A DNA stretch of 64,000 nt from Lingula anatina (lineage: Eukaryota; Animalia; Brachiopoda): assembly GCA_051362555.1 (NCBI GenBank), contig CM120643.1:18852848-18916847 (forward strand), written 5' to 3'. The notes beneath the pieces were generated by a model, which had not been told where the DNA came from, did not search any database, and saw only the letters and a program-made list of their open reading frames with translations. A program made the position numbers and the translations under genes. Positions 51,654 to 63,943 of this stretch are shown piece after piece; the first letter of the stretch is position 1, and each line of letters opens with the position of its first letter.

Positions 51654-53233
51654 TAGGGTAGGGTAAATAATAACTTTTTTGGAAATCTCTCAGGGAACAG
51701 GTGATTTTAGAGGCAAAGTGGGCCAGAAAGTTCATTTCTGATGAGAAATTTGAGCTAGAAGCATTCTTTAGGTCGGTAATTTTACTATTTTTGAAAACGC
51801 ATACAAAGCATATGCACTGCATATACAGTAACTGTAGTAATTATATGTATGTATATAATTGTATTGAAAAGTGTTGAGTGAAGCACAAATTTTTGATAAG
51901 TGAGTGTTTTATATGACACAAAATGATGCTAAACACACATGTGCAACTATTTTTATCAAAGAGTTTCAACATTGACAATTAAAGGAACCTATGTTTTTAT
52001 TATGCGTTTTCTTATGTTTTTAAGGTTGTAAAATATTTATTCTTATGTTAACACTGCCATTGTTACATTTTAAATGGAGTTTGGTTACCTTGTTGGTTGA
52101 TAGTTTACTGTCAAGCTTGAAAGAAGAGCCAGATCTCAGTCAGTCAAAACGAGTAGTGATAAGATATCTCAAGTTCTGCTGGATGTGAATTATGAGGAAG
52201 AATCAGAGTTATCCTGACCCCAAGCAACCAATGGGGGAATATCTTTAAATTATTAAAAAGAAGTGGATGGAATATTTTTGTTCTGCACATAAGAAGTTGG
52301 GGAAACAATCACTATCATGTACTGAGACCAGCAAAGAAGTTGCCTGAGAAATATCCAATGTCTGGATGTCCAAGAATATCTTTCCTCTCTTTGAGAACGT
52401 TTACAACAGAATAACTGTATATTGAGACTACATATAAAAAGCATTGTGCTTATGTATGATGAATCTTAAACACTATTTGTCATGTTTTGATTGAAATCTT
52501 TCACTTTTGTATTATCCTTGCACTTCACAGACAGTTAATGCTTCATACGTTCCCCAAATATATCATAATCCAACATACTTCTGTTGGGAATGTACTTCTC
52601 AAAGATTGGAAAAATACTTTTTTGGAGATTCAGGCATTGGAGATTTCTCTGGCAACTGCTTTGCTAGCCTCAGCTTATGATAGAGATGTCTTCCGGCTTC
52701 ATACATGTAAAACATGTAAAATGTAAAAGTGTATCATCCATCCTATTGTAATAATTTAGAAAAATATTTACTTTATGGTAAGGTTACTAGTAAATGATTC
52801 TTCATTATAATTCCCATCCAACAGATGTTGGGAAATCATATCACTCCTCATTTTGATTGATCAAGATGACTGAGGTTGTTCATTTTCCCCATTATCGAAG
52901 ATTCTGGCTCTTCACTCTAGATTGACAGTTAAATGTCAGCTGACATGGTAACTGAACTCACTGTAAAATGTATCAATCTCAGTATTAACATCAGAAATAG
53001 ATTCTACAACCCCAAAAACATAAGAAAAGACATATTACACACCATAATACCTTTAATTGTTGTTAATGAAGCTTTGGGTAGGCCGTTTTGGCTGCCATTT
53101 TGAAAATTGTCATTTTATCGGCCTTAATAATAAATTGTTTTAGAAAAAAATGATTGTCAGATTTGTGTTCTGCATCAAATTTCGCCTGAGAAAACACCTG
53201 TTATGGAATTTTTTTGAGATTTACCCTACCCTA
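51654..53233. mobile_element. hAT-like DNA transposon downstream of copy 3 (co-duplicated with 20070-21652)
   Basis: Perfect 15-bp TIRs TAGGGTAGGGTAAAT / ATTTACCCTACCCTA; duplicated ATATAAC. Confidence 0.82.
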
Positions 53234-53325
53234 ATATAACTATGATGTCTGTAATGGTTTTTAATTACCCAGAAGCTATTCAGAATATAAGGGTGCCAAT
53301 ATACATGTACGTGTGTGTGTGTGTG

Positions 53326-53329
<4 letters not shown>

Positions 53330-53374
<45 letters not shown>
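53330..53374. repeat. (TA)n microsatellite (paralog 6278-6320)
   Basis: Direct reading. Confidence 0.9.
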
Positions 53375-53376
<2 letters not shown>

Positions 53377-54652
53377 TTGTCTTATTTGTTGTCTGTGAAC
53401 GGTCATTCTATGTCGGAAAGTGTCGCCGGTTTGTCCTATATAGTTCTCACCGCATCTACTGCAAGTCAATACATTAATTAAATCTGAGCTAGTGAAATGT
53501 GAGGTACCCAGGTGCGGCACCTGTCCACTAATTAAAGAGGGGAGCCATCTTACATTTAAAAATGGACTTACATTTAGAATTAATCACCCATTCACCTGCA
53601 CTAGCTCAAATTTATTATATAAGCATTCATACGTTGTAATAAACCTTTTTTTAATTTAGACCATAAAGCTTAAGGTTGATTAGTTCTTGTTCGAAATATG
53701 ATATCTACAGGAGAATACATATTCAAATATAGGGCCCTCCGCTTTCAAGCTTAGTTTTTCATCACTTCAAGGATTATTTCCAGCTAGTTCCTCAAGAACG
53801 TTTATACATTCTGCAATTATTTTCAGAATGAAGTAGCTGCGTTATAGCGCTGAGAGATGCCAAAAAAGTTTCTTTGTTTGTCTTAAAGGATCGAAGTATA
53901 ATTATGCTACTAATAAGGTTTGACTTTACTTTAATTTGATTCTACATCTCTTCCAGGAATAGTGTTCAGGATACAAAGTTTATGGGTGGGCAAATAATCT
54001 TGTGCTCGTAGTCGATGTCACTGTGTCACGTGACAAATATTAATGCTCATCAATGCTCTCTCTCTCTCTCTCTCTCCGGCTGCTTCTCTCATTTTGCGGT
54101 ACGTCCGGCGAAACACCAAGCTTTATATTCCTTTACATTTGTCATCCAGTTATCTATCAATAGTGTCATTTGTCTGCCTAAGTGTCATTTATCGGATTTG
54201 TCTGCTTCTGTGCCTGTAGTTTCAATTTTGAGCTTTATAAGTTGCGCAGTAATGACCTTATAAACACCTACCTGTGAAAGAGTTTCGAGGTCAGTAGCGT
54301 CACTTATATTACAAGCATGTGGTAATAGTTGCTACGTCTATATACCTGTAGCTGGAATAAAAAGACTAGAATTTTATCAAACTTGTAAATGAACTGATAC
54401 AAAAGGACTTCAGATGCGACTTATATACCACAAAGAGCACCGGAGGACAAACGTTTCGCTAGGACACGGATATGTAGGCCTATAATCTCGAATGAAGTTT
54501 TACACAGAGAGTGGAATGAAGCCTTACCTGCAGTGTAAGCACCCGGATGTACCTACTACTACAATAGTAGCATGTTAGGCTTAAAATAAAAACAGCTGTG
54601 CCAATGGGCGGCCAAAAGGGCAAAAATTCATGTCGTCGATTCACTGCCTTCC

Positions 54653-55331
54653 CATCGATTCAGTTTCAAGTTTAAACGACCCTGTCATAAATTCAGCAAC
54701 CATTTTCATCAATTCAATTGTCAAACATTTCCCGTCAACGGTGTATTACAACCAATGCTGTCACTATTTTCGTCGATCGTGTAACTATTCTCGTCGATCG
54801 TCAAACTATTCTCGTCGATCGTCTAACTGTTCTCGTCGATCCTGTAACGTCACTTCATCATTCATCGATCGATCGCCAGAGGGCGCTGCGGTAGCACATT
54901 GGCATCACATGACTATCAAAATGGCAGACAACAAAATGATTGCTAGTGAAATAAGAAAATTTTCTCAACAATTTCAATTTTAATTGACATTATTTTCTAG
55001 TTGTTTTCAACTCTGACCATGGCTGGCCGAGTTAAAAATTACCGCGTGATTGGCAGACAGAAGCACGTGTTGCTACCGCAGCGCCCTCTGGCGATCGATC
55101 GATGAGACGATCGACGAGAATAGACGATCGATGAGAATAGTTACAGGATTGACGAGATTAGTTGGACGATCGACGAGATTACACGATCGACGAGAATAGT
55201 TAGACGATCGACGAAAATCGTGAGAGCATTGGTTTTAATACACCGTAGATGAGAAATGTTTGACAATTGAATTGACGAAAGTAGATGTTGAATTTATGAC
55301 AGGATCGTTTAAACTTGAAACTGAATCGATG
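54653..55331. mobile_element. Fold-back element upstream of copy 4
   Basis: Inverted arms of about 245-260 bp (54653-54897, 55070-55331) carry internal about 21-bp repeats AACTATTCTCGTCGATCGT. Absent from the upstream regions of copies 2 and 3. Confidence 0.8.
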
Positions 55332-55651
55332 CCACACACTCGCAGCACTTTGAACTGTGCCTTGTAACATTGCTTTTGCAGGCCCATTCGATCTTTGATA
55401 TTTGATCGGGAACAAGGAAGTGCGCAGATTGTGAGACTAAAGTTCGAGAGCAAAAAACCGACCCCAAGATACACCCTACCAAAACCGACGCGGGTTTTGA
55501 GTTTCAGATTAAGTAGGCCACAGCAACCATTGATGACAGTCAGGATCCTGATGATATTATATCATTCAAGACATCACAGTTACATGTATAACAGGGTGAT
55601 TCCAATTAAAACTAGAGCTATTATCGCTGTATTAGACCGGGAAACCCACTA

Positions 55652-55880
55652 ATGGCCAGAAGAGCTGGGAAACCAAGGCAACTCGTTAAGTTTTCTATCC
55701 TGATCGTTCTACTTCAGGCTGGATTTGTTTTAATTTTACGATCGATACAGAGCTCGTTGAGGACAAGTGTTTCAGTGGAAAATGATTTCGCTGCTACGGG
55801 TGATCGTAATGTTTCTGCAAAGATATTACGTCTGTGCGATGTAGACGTCAGTCGGTCTGGTAAGTGTAAAGTATCTGCAT

Positions 55881-55933
<53 letters not shown>

Positions 55934-58900
55934 TAGCATTTTCACTTGGGCCAAAATTAAGAATCAAAGCCAAAACACATGACATGACAATTTACCCTTA
56001 TGTTTACATGTTCCTTCAACCCCTTCCTAATATCTGAGAACCGCCTTACATTGTAGCATGTTAGGCATATGATACTAATCGATAGAATTGTGGGTAAGAA
56101 AAGCACTGGAGAAAGGGCATTTAAAAAGCAATGATACTTGTTTTCCATTCATGTCAGGTTGCAACTCTGGCAGAATAAATAAACCCAAGAATTAGCAAAG
56201 AAAGTGGAAAAACGGAACTCTACAAACGAAATGAAATGCCCAAGAAAATAGTTTACTACACACACTGGACAATAGAAGTGTCACCCCTACTGAACCAATA
56301 CTATGGGGGAGATAAATGACTATGGAATGATATGCTCCTGGTATCATTTTATTAACATCAAATTTCACAAAAAATCACAAAATGAGAACAAAATATACAT
56401 TCTACCAAAATATGCAGTTCAAGTCCAAAATTAGTACTTAGTGGCATAGCCACGTGACCTAATAATAGGTGCCAGTCTACGAGGCAAGGATTCATATAAT
56501 TGTCTGATGCGTTCAGGGCTTATGCTGGCCCAAGCATGAAACACTGAAAATAACAGAGTTTCTCTGCTGGTTAGACGGGCATTTGTCAAAAGTTTTGACA
56601 TATCATTCCACACATTTTCTATTATGTTTGCATCCGGACTCTGGGCAGGCCACATCACCCTGCGAATGTCCTGTTGGTCAAACCAATCATCAACTGCTCC
56701 GGGCCTGTGACAAGGGGCATTGTCATCCTGGTGAACAAATGGATAATTCCTGTCACCAAACATGTTAGTAATAGATGGTAGCAAGCCTAACTCCAAAACA
56801 TCGATATATTTCTAGTGATTCATGTTTCCATCAACCACTATCAATTCGCGCACGCCATGGATGCTGATGCAGCCCCACACCATGATGAATATGCTGCTCC
56901 GGGTTCGAAAATTCAGTGCATGTGGTTCAAATGCTTTACCAGCAGTTCGCCAGCATCGTACCCGTCTGTCATCAGAGATCAGACCAAAGCGACACTCATC
57001 AGAAAAAATATATAGGACCAATTGTCATGGACTGTCCAGTTCCAGATCCTGCTGACCCTAGTTCACTCTACGTTGCCTGTTTTGTAACGATATAAGAGGT
57101 TTCAGTCTTGCTACCCTGCTGTACACTCTATGAACATGTAACCGACGCCTAGCAATGTTCACAGACACATTCTTATGTGTGAAATTGTTCCACTGTGTTG
57201 TCAACTGACAAGCAGTGTCGAACTTTGACAACCTGGACATCAAAATCAGTCGTCGGTCTTCACGGCCAGTAGTTTTTCTTGGACGACCCATCAGAGGCAA
57301 TTGTCTCTTGATCCAGTGTTTCTATACCGAGACCAGACCCTCTGCACGGTTCTGACTGAACAATTCAATTGTATCGATATTCTGACATTGCTTATATTCC
57401 GCCTCTTCAGGTTAACTTGTACCTATAACCGTTAGATAATTGCCTGTATCTTGCCATATTGGAGGAAGACAGGAATAACAATTGCTGTACATGTACAAGA
57501 CCAACAATACAATTCCATGGTAAAGCGGTTTTATACTTATTAGTCACATTATAAGTAGACCAGGCATTTTAAGTACCCAAGATCTGCCTACTTTTATTAC
57601 TCTGAGTTAGGGGGTGACACTTCTATTGTCCAGTGTGTGTAGTACAAAATTTGCAAACTGATCCTTTTTTTACAACATGGATGTCGAGCTCATTTAGGTT
57701 GGCCGAACAATACCTGCAATAATAGATATGACAAGTCAAGTGATGTTTGTATTAGTATCAGGCCCGTAGCCAGCAATTTTAAAAGGGGGGTTCTTTTTCT
57801 GAAAAAGTGGACCTTTTCGCATAAAAATTTCATGTACCTAGATCAAATTTTACCCAGAGTAGACCTTTTCCCAGCAAAAGGGGCGGTTCTTTCGAACCCA
57901 CCGAACCCCCCCTGGCTACGGGCCTGAGTATTTCACCACCATTGTTGACCAGTATGCAAGAGTCAGCAGAATGGAATTAGGAAGAGCCAACCTGTGATTT
58001 CGTTAGAGTTTGCGGACAAATCCACCCATGATTATTCATTTTATATTTATGAACTTCAGGAATATGTGTAAGTTATAATAAATTCTGTTTTAAGTTATCA
58101 TACTTATAGCACAATTCCCAAAATTGCATGATGCGAAAAATAATCCAAACAAAAATCGCCCGAGTTTGCAACAGTTGCATCGAAACTCTCTTTAGATTAA
58201 ATGCATTTTGAAAATTTCCAAAAGTCATACTTTCTGGAAACACATCCTACAAAGCTACTTATTTATCCAATCAAAACCTTAAATATGATAACATCCCTAA
58301 AATTAAAGTGCCTGAATTGTCAGGAAGACACGGCGGGATAAAGTAATGCAAAAATTTAAAGCAAGTTATCTTTGAAATGGTACAACCGCGATATGCTCGC
58401 TACCTGTACTTAAGGTCACATCGCTCCAAGTGAAGAGAAGACGGATCGATCGATCCATTAGTCATGAGCAGAATAGAAAAAAAAAATCATTTTCTCGAGG
58501 AAAATTGCGGTTAGCGCGAAATGTCAGCACAAAATATCTTTAATTAGCCATAGACGAAAATAATATAACATTTATCACCAACTTGTTAAGTATGAGAAAC
58601 TGACATTCAAATTCGTCTTTTTTCACTAAAATGAATGATTTTTTAAATTTTAAAAAAGACGTGTTTCACACAGAGGCCATTCTTGAGTTTTCGCGTGTTC
58701 GCAGGAAGCTAACCTCATAATTGATAAATATACAGTAGATTTATCTGCATGTCCCTGCCGTTGCCAGTGGAGTAAGAAAAATGCTGACAGGCGAGGAATG
58801 AGTTTCCAGGGACCTCAAAAAGGCGGAGTGAAAAGGTCTCATATCGTTATATAAAGTAGTAAACAGTTATGGTAACTGGAACATGTGCGGCAAACAGTGA

Positions 58901-59225
58901 TAGGGATTTGATTAAAAATGAACACTCCGCTTAATAACCAAATAGTCAATAGCATGGGTAGACATGGTCGCTAGACCCCATGAGTAGAATGCAAACTTAT
59001 ACCCGGTACGATAGGAACAACTAGAGGGATAAGTAGTAAATGAAATTAATTAATTATTTTTTGAAATTTAAATTATGAATAAATATACATATGTATAAAA
59101 ACATGACAAATATAGTGATACCACAAAATAATAAAAACAGTTATTTACATTGTGGTCGATATTTGGAATGATCACGTGACTAGAATAAAAAAGGATTAAA
59201 TTTAAAAAAAGCTAAGAAGAGCTAA

Positions 59226-59257
<32 letters not shown>

Positions 59258-62200
59258 TTAAACAAGACTAAGATTTAAATTTCAAAGTTAGCCATCATTC
59301 TATCCCGCTTGGATTTTTGACATCGATTATAATAGCAGTTGCAAGAGGGTCTAAATATGATAAAAAATACAATCTGTATTCCATAAAACGGGCAACTAGA
59401 AAGCTTTTTCACATGTGTGACACGCATTTGTATACTTAGGTCCCTTAATGAGTTTACACCTGATGTATAAAATAGGGTTTGGGCGATTAATGTGCGCACG
59501 GTACTATATTTGAAGTCTAGACTACAGAATACATACATGTAGTCGTATACCTAACCGCGAGAGATATTCTCATATGAATTAAACAAACAGAAAATTACAA
59601 AATCAAGTATTTTATAGGCACAGGTAGTAGAGCTAAATGTTTTTCTCTTGACCTGGTATATAAATAGTAACCGATTACCCTAAATTTGCGGCCCAATGTG
59701 TGCCAGCGTCTTCATCTTCAATTTTATTAGGCTTTGCATTCGGGCTAAAAAAAGGAAGAAACTGACGCTTGTAAGACCTGAGTATTTGAGGCTAGAATTT
59801 CAGGTAAAATTTTAAGGAAAAAAGACAATTTTCTGTAAACCAAACTCATCGTTTTCAGTTGGAAACACCGGAGTTACGAAGAATTTTACAATCAGCCTCC
59901 AAGAAGTCTCTCAGAAGCTGCAAGGCATCGGTCCAGGTGGAAAATGGAACCCACGCGACTGTCTGGCGAGAAATCGCGTCACCATAGTCGTGCCATTCAG
60001 GGATAGATGGGGCCATCTGGCGGTGTTTTTAAATTTCATGCATCCTTTTTTACAGAGGCAACTTTTACACTATAGGATATTAGTTGTTGAGCAGGTACCA
60101 GTATACATGTACCTTAGTGACATCACTTGCTGACCCAGTAGTCGTGAAGGCAACATTTGTGATCACATAGAAATTTAGCCTGAGTACTCAGAATACTTTA
60201 CTAAGCTGGTGTTAATGTCGATTTTGTAACTGGCAATTTCAATATTTTTCATATACGCCCCTTAAGATAGATATTTGACTGCGTGAAATGTTATTCGATT
60301 CTTAAATATAATTTATCTTATACTAAGTTGCAAGTCGGCTAATGAACGCTGCCCCCACCGTGAGTTTCAGAGGGCACTTGGAACGCATATCTCCGCTATG
60401 CTTCTGTCGTGACGCTACATGTAGAGACGGCAGTTTCCAGCGTTTTAAAATAATTTTCCTCTGAAACCCAGGATACCTTCCCTTGGCGTTAACATGAAAT
60501 CATACAGTTCCTTGTTCCGAGGAATAAATATGTGATCTTTTTATCCATTAATTGTGCTATTTCTGATAATGGGCCTGCTGGTGAGTGAAGCCATGCATCT
60601 TTTCATTGTAATGTGCCTTATGTTTCAGATTGGAATCGGGGTGTACAACAAAGGGATGTTAATGAACGCAGCCTTTTTAGAAACAAGACAGCATTTCCCC
60701 ACGGATTGTGTTATATTCCACGACGTAGATCTCATTCCGGAACTTAACAATAATTCCTACGCATGCGCCAGAGAGCCAAGACACTTGGCACCAGCTGTGG
60801 ACGTATTGGATTACAAGTAAGATTGAAGAAACACCGTATACATATATATTGTAAAATGCTTTTAGTTCTATTTTTCGCAGTGGACACTGGGGAAAAAACC
60901 AAGTTTAGGAGACTGAATTCCATGCTGTCACCATGCCACGGCTGTCTGATCTGGACAGGGGCTGTGCCATTGATCATTGACACTGGCACAGTGTCATGGT
61001 TTGGGCAGGCGTAAGACAGAACTCGTGGTGATTTTAAGGTGATTATAACACAGAACTCGTGGTGATTGTGCCATTCGTACACTAACATCCAACCCTAGGC
61101 TTGCTCCATCGGGACATCACCCGTCCCCATAACGCCAGGATAGCACAGGCATACCTGCAGCAGTAGCAGATACAGTCTCTTTTTTCTTAGACCAGACACG
61201 TCTCCCGTGACTGGGATGATTTGGACAACCGACTTCACAACCACCAGCCACAGCCTACCACCCTCATAGAGTTAAGAGCTGCACTGGTGGAAGAATGGAG
61301 AAAGATGACTCACAAAAGCATAAAACCATATACATATCAAAACTTGCGTTTCCTTTTTTTTGTTAGTATATGCACTGCAAAGTAAAATCAAATTTATATA
61401 TCTGATACCGGCCTTGCGAAAAGAGTCAATGAAGTTGTTGTCTCATACCATGCAGTTTCAGTGTGCTAAGATTGTTTTCTTCTCTATTTCAGTCTTCCTT
61501 ACGGTCCCCTTGTGGGCGGTGTACTGATGTTCACTCCCCAGGACTTCCAGGCTGTCAATGGTTATTCCAACGCTTACTGGGGCTGGGGAGCAGAAGATGA
61601 TGATATGGGTTATAGGTAACCAGCGTCTGAACCCTCTTTTTCCTAAAGTCGTATGTGTAGAAGCCACAGGGCGACATTTTGGGTGGGGTGGTACTTGACC
61701 TTTTTCTTTTTTTTCAATCATATCAGTCATAAGCGCAGGAAGCATTATGAGCTAAGCCCCCCTCGCTATTTTTTTTTCTGAATGGTCATTTCTCCCCCCC
61801 CCCTCCACAAACCCACACATACACAAACCCGCTTCCTACAAACTGTTACTCTTACATGCAGGAGTTGGAGAATCTCTCTCTCTCTCTCTCCATCTCTCTC
61901 CCCCCACCTCTCTCTCTCTCTCTCTCTTTCGCGCGCGCGCGTCCGTGCATATTGTTCTTGTCTCTTCGGCGACCTTCATTGACTTACATATCTGTTTCAA
62001 TTTCAGAATAAAAAAGGCCGGTTTAAGGATTTCGCGCCCATCCCTCAATACCGGCCGTTATACTATGTTAGTGCATACACAGCGCAGGAAAAACGAAAGA
62101 AGGTAAATGTAGACTTAGACATGATATATTTATACTTATCAATGCGGGGGCTCAACTTAAGATTTGTCAAGAGAAATATAAAGGTGTGACTGCCACTGTA

Positions 62201-62703
62201 CAACAAAGTTTTTTTAAATCATGTTTTAAACAAAAAATAATGATAATACATTCTTACAAGGTGATTTCCATAAAATCTCCGTGCGACTTACAAAAGTGTT
62301 AAGATTTTAAATTATACACTAGAAATGGCTAAATTTTAAACAACCATGCTTTGTTTATGATATCTTTTTAATATTTTAAATAAATGGCCTAAATTTTTTA
62401 AATGTTCATTTTCGTCATGAGCATTAAAGCCGATTAAAATTTATGCTTTTGGCAAATGTTATCTTAGGGTTTGGGCATACATGTTTATCTAAAATGCCCC
62501 TTCAATAAACTTCAGTTGTACAGATGTAAAAGTTATGCTGAACTCTCATATGTAATTCCAGAGTTGAAATTCTTCAGAAAGGCATGGAGCGACAGCCCTG
62601 GGACGGTCTGAGTAACGTTAACTACTCAGTGCTTGACATCAGATTAAATCCCTTGTTCACGCACATGTTGATAGACATAGGGAAAACGCCTGACACGTAC
62701 TGA
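55652..62703 (+). CDS. GT7 beta-1,4-glycosyltransferase copy 4, intact, 330 aa (shorter stem)
   Basis: Exons 55652-55859, 59859-60094, 60629-60816, 61493-61615, 62007-62102 and 62562-62703 sum to 993 nt in an open frame with the same motifs. Exon 1 is 36 nt shorter than in copies 2 and 3. Confidence 0.92.
56259..57639 (-). mobile_element. Tc1 (DD34E) element with a pseudogenised transposase in intron 1 of copy 4
   Basis: TIR CACACACTGGACAATAGAAGTGTCACCCC with a TA TSD. Motifs [21 protein letters not shown] and [20 protein letters not shown] (34 residues between D and E) are broken into three ORFs. Confidence 0.93.
57759..57926. mobile_element. 168-bp MITE
   Basis: Perfect 15-bp TIR CAGGCCCGTAGCCAG with a 5-bp TSD AGTAT. 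Confidence 0.8.
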
Positions 62704-63091
62704 TACCAAGCACGCGTTCATCTAGGGATGCAACAATACATATACCAGCATATATTGCTTTACTACTGAAAAGAGCGACAGACAGAAGTCTTGTACCAGG
62801 AATGGTAATCTACTAGGAATCATAGTCTGCTTCCCATGTCTTTGTTCCGGTGACATTCTTCTCATATACTAACCCCAATACTCCGACTTACCTTAACCTG
62901 TTCTAATTATACGGACTTTATTCATAGGACTACCATTCCTGTTACATCTGTCTTAAAGCCAGCGGTGCTTTATTAATTTGGCATATTTATTGTTTTAATG
63001 AGCAATTTTAAAAAAGGATGTGAATAATAGTTTTTTTCGGCGTAGACACAGAGACACTTGTGATTTAGCGTTACTTTTTACTTCGTGATTT

Positions 63092-63094
<3 letters not shown>

Positions 63095-63148
<54 letters not shown>

Positions 63149-63182
63149 ATAAAATAAAATAAAAAAAAAAAATAAATAAAAA
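63095..63182 (+). repeat. Poly(A) run (49 A) + A-rich tail at the end of copy-4 homology
   Basis: Homology to the other 3' flanks stops at GTGATTTAG(C) and is followed directly by A49. Confidence 0.85.
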
Positions 63183-63820
63183 CGCAAGTTTTTGTTTCAA
63201 TCACACTGCTTCAAAATGCCCAATGGTCATTCACTGCATTCAGTGACAGAACACAATCTCAATCCTGCAGTAGAGTATACCCATAGTGAGTACTTGAGTG
63301 ATTCCTGACAGTGGGTAGCTTTAGAATTTCAGACATCTCATCTAAACACAAACTGGGACAAAAGTCTAGCATAATTCACAATCAATGCTAGTGGACACTG
63401 GGAAACCGCCAAGAGCACTGGACTGAACTGTCACCACCCGTACCCATAACGCCAGGATAACACAGGCATACCTGCAGCAGTAGCGGACCCAGTCTCTTCT
63501 TTTTAGACCAGACATGTCTGTGTTCCATGCCTGTGATAAAATGGGCAGACGATTTCATAACCACCAGCCACAGCCTACCACCGTCATAGAGTTAAAAGCT
63601 GCACTGGTGGAAGAATGGGGAAAGGTGACTCTCAAAAGCATAAAACCATAGACATATCAGAACTTGCGTTTCTTCTTTTTTTTTTGTTAGTATATGCATT
63701 GCATAGTAAAATCAAATTTGTATACCCAGTATCTGATACCGGCATTGCGAAAAGAGTAAACGAAGTTGTCTCATACTGTACAGTTTCAGTGTGCCAAGAT
63801 TGTTTTCTTCTCTATTTCAG

Positions 63821-63943
63821 TCTTCCTTACGGTCCCCTTGTGGGCGGCGTATTGATGTTTACTCCCCAGGACTTCCAGGCTGTCAATGGTTATTCCAACG
63901 CCTACTGGGGCTGGGGAGCGGAGGATGATGATATGGGTTATAG
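63821..63943 (+). CDS. Exon 4 of a fifth, 5'-truncated GT7 copy (or an alternative 3' cassette); continues past the window edge
   Basis: The exon reads TTTCAG|TCTTCCTTAC...TATAG|GTAACC and encodes [13 protein letters not shown]...[12 protein letters not shown]. It is preceded from about 63391 by a diverged intron 3. No exons 1-3 lie between it and copy 4. Confidence 0.75.

Noticed and set aside
55935-58710. Possible outer TAGC-ended (Academ-like) element enclosing the Tc1 in intron 1 of copy 4
   Set aside because: Terminal similarity is weak, there is no clear TSD, and the right end also resembles host intron sequence.
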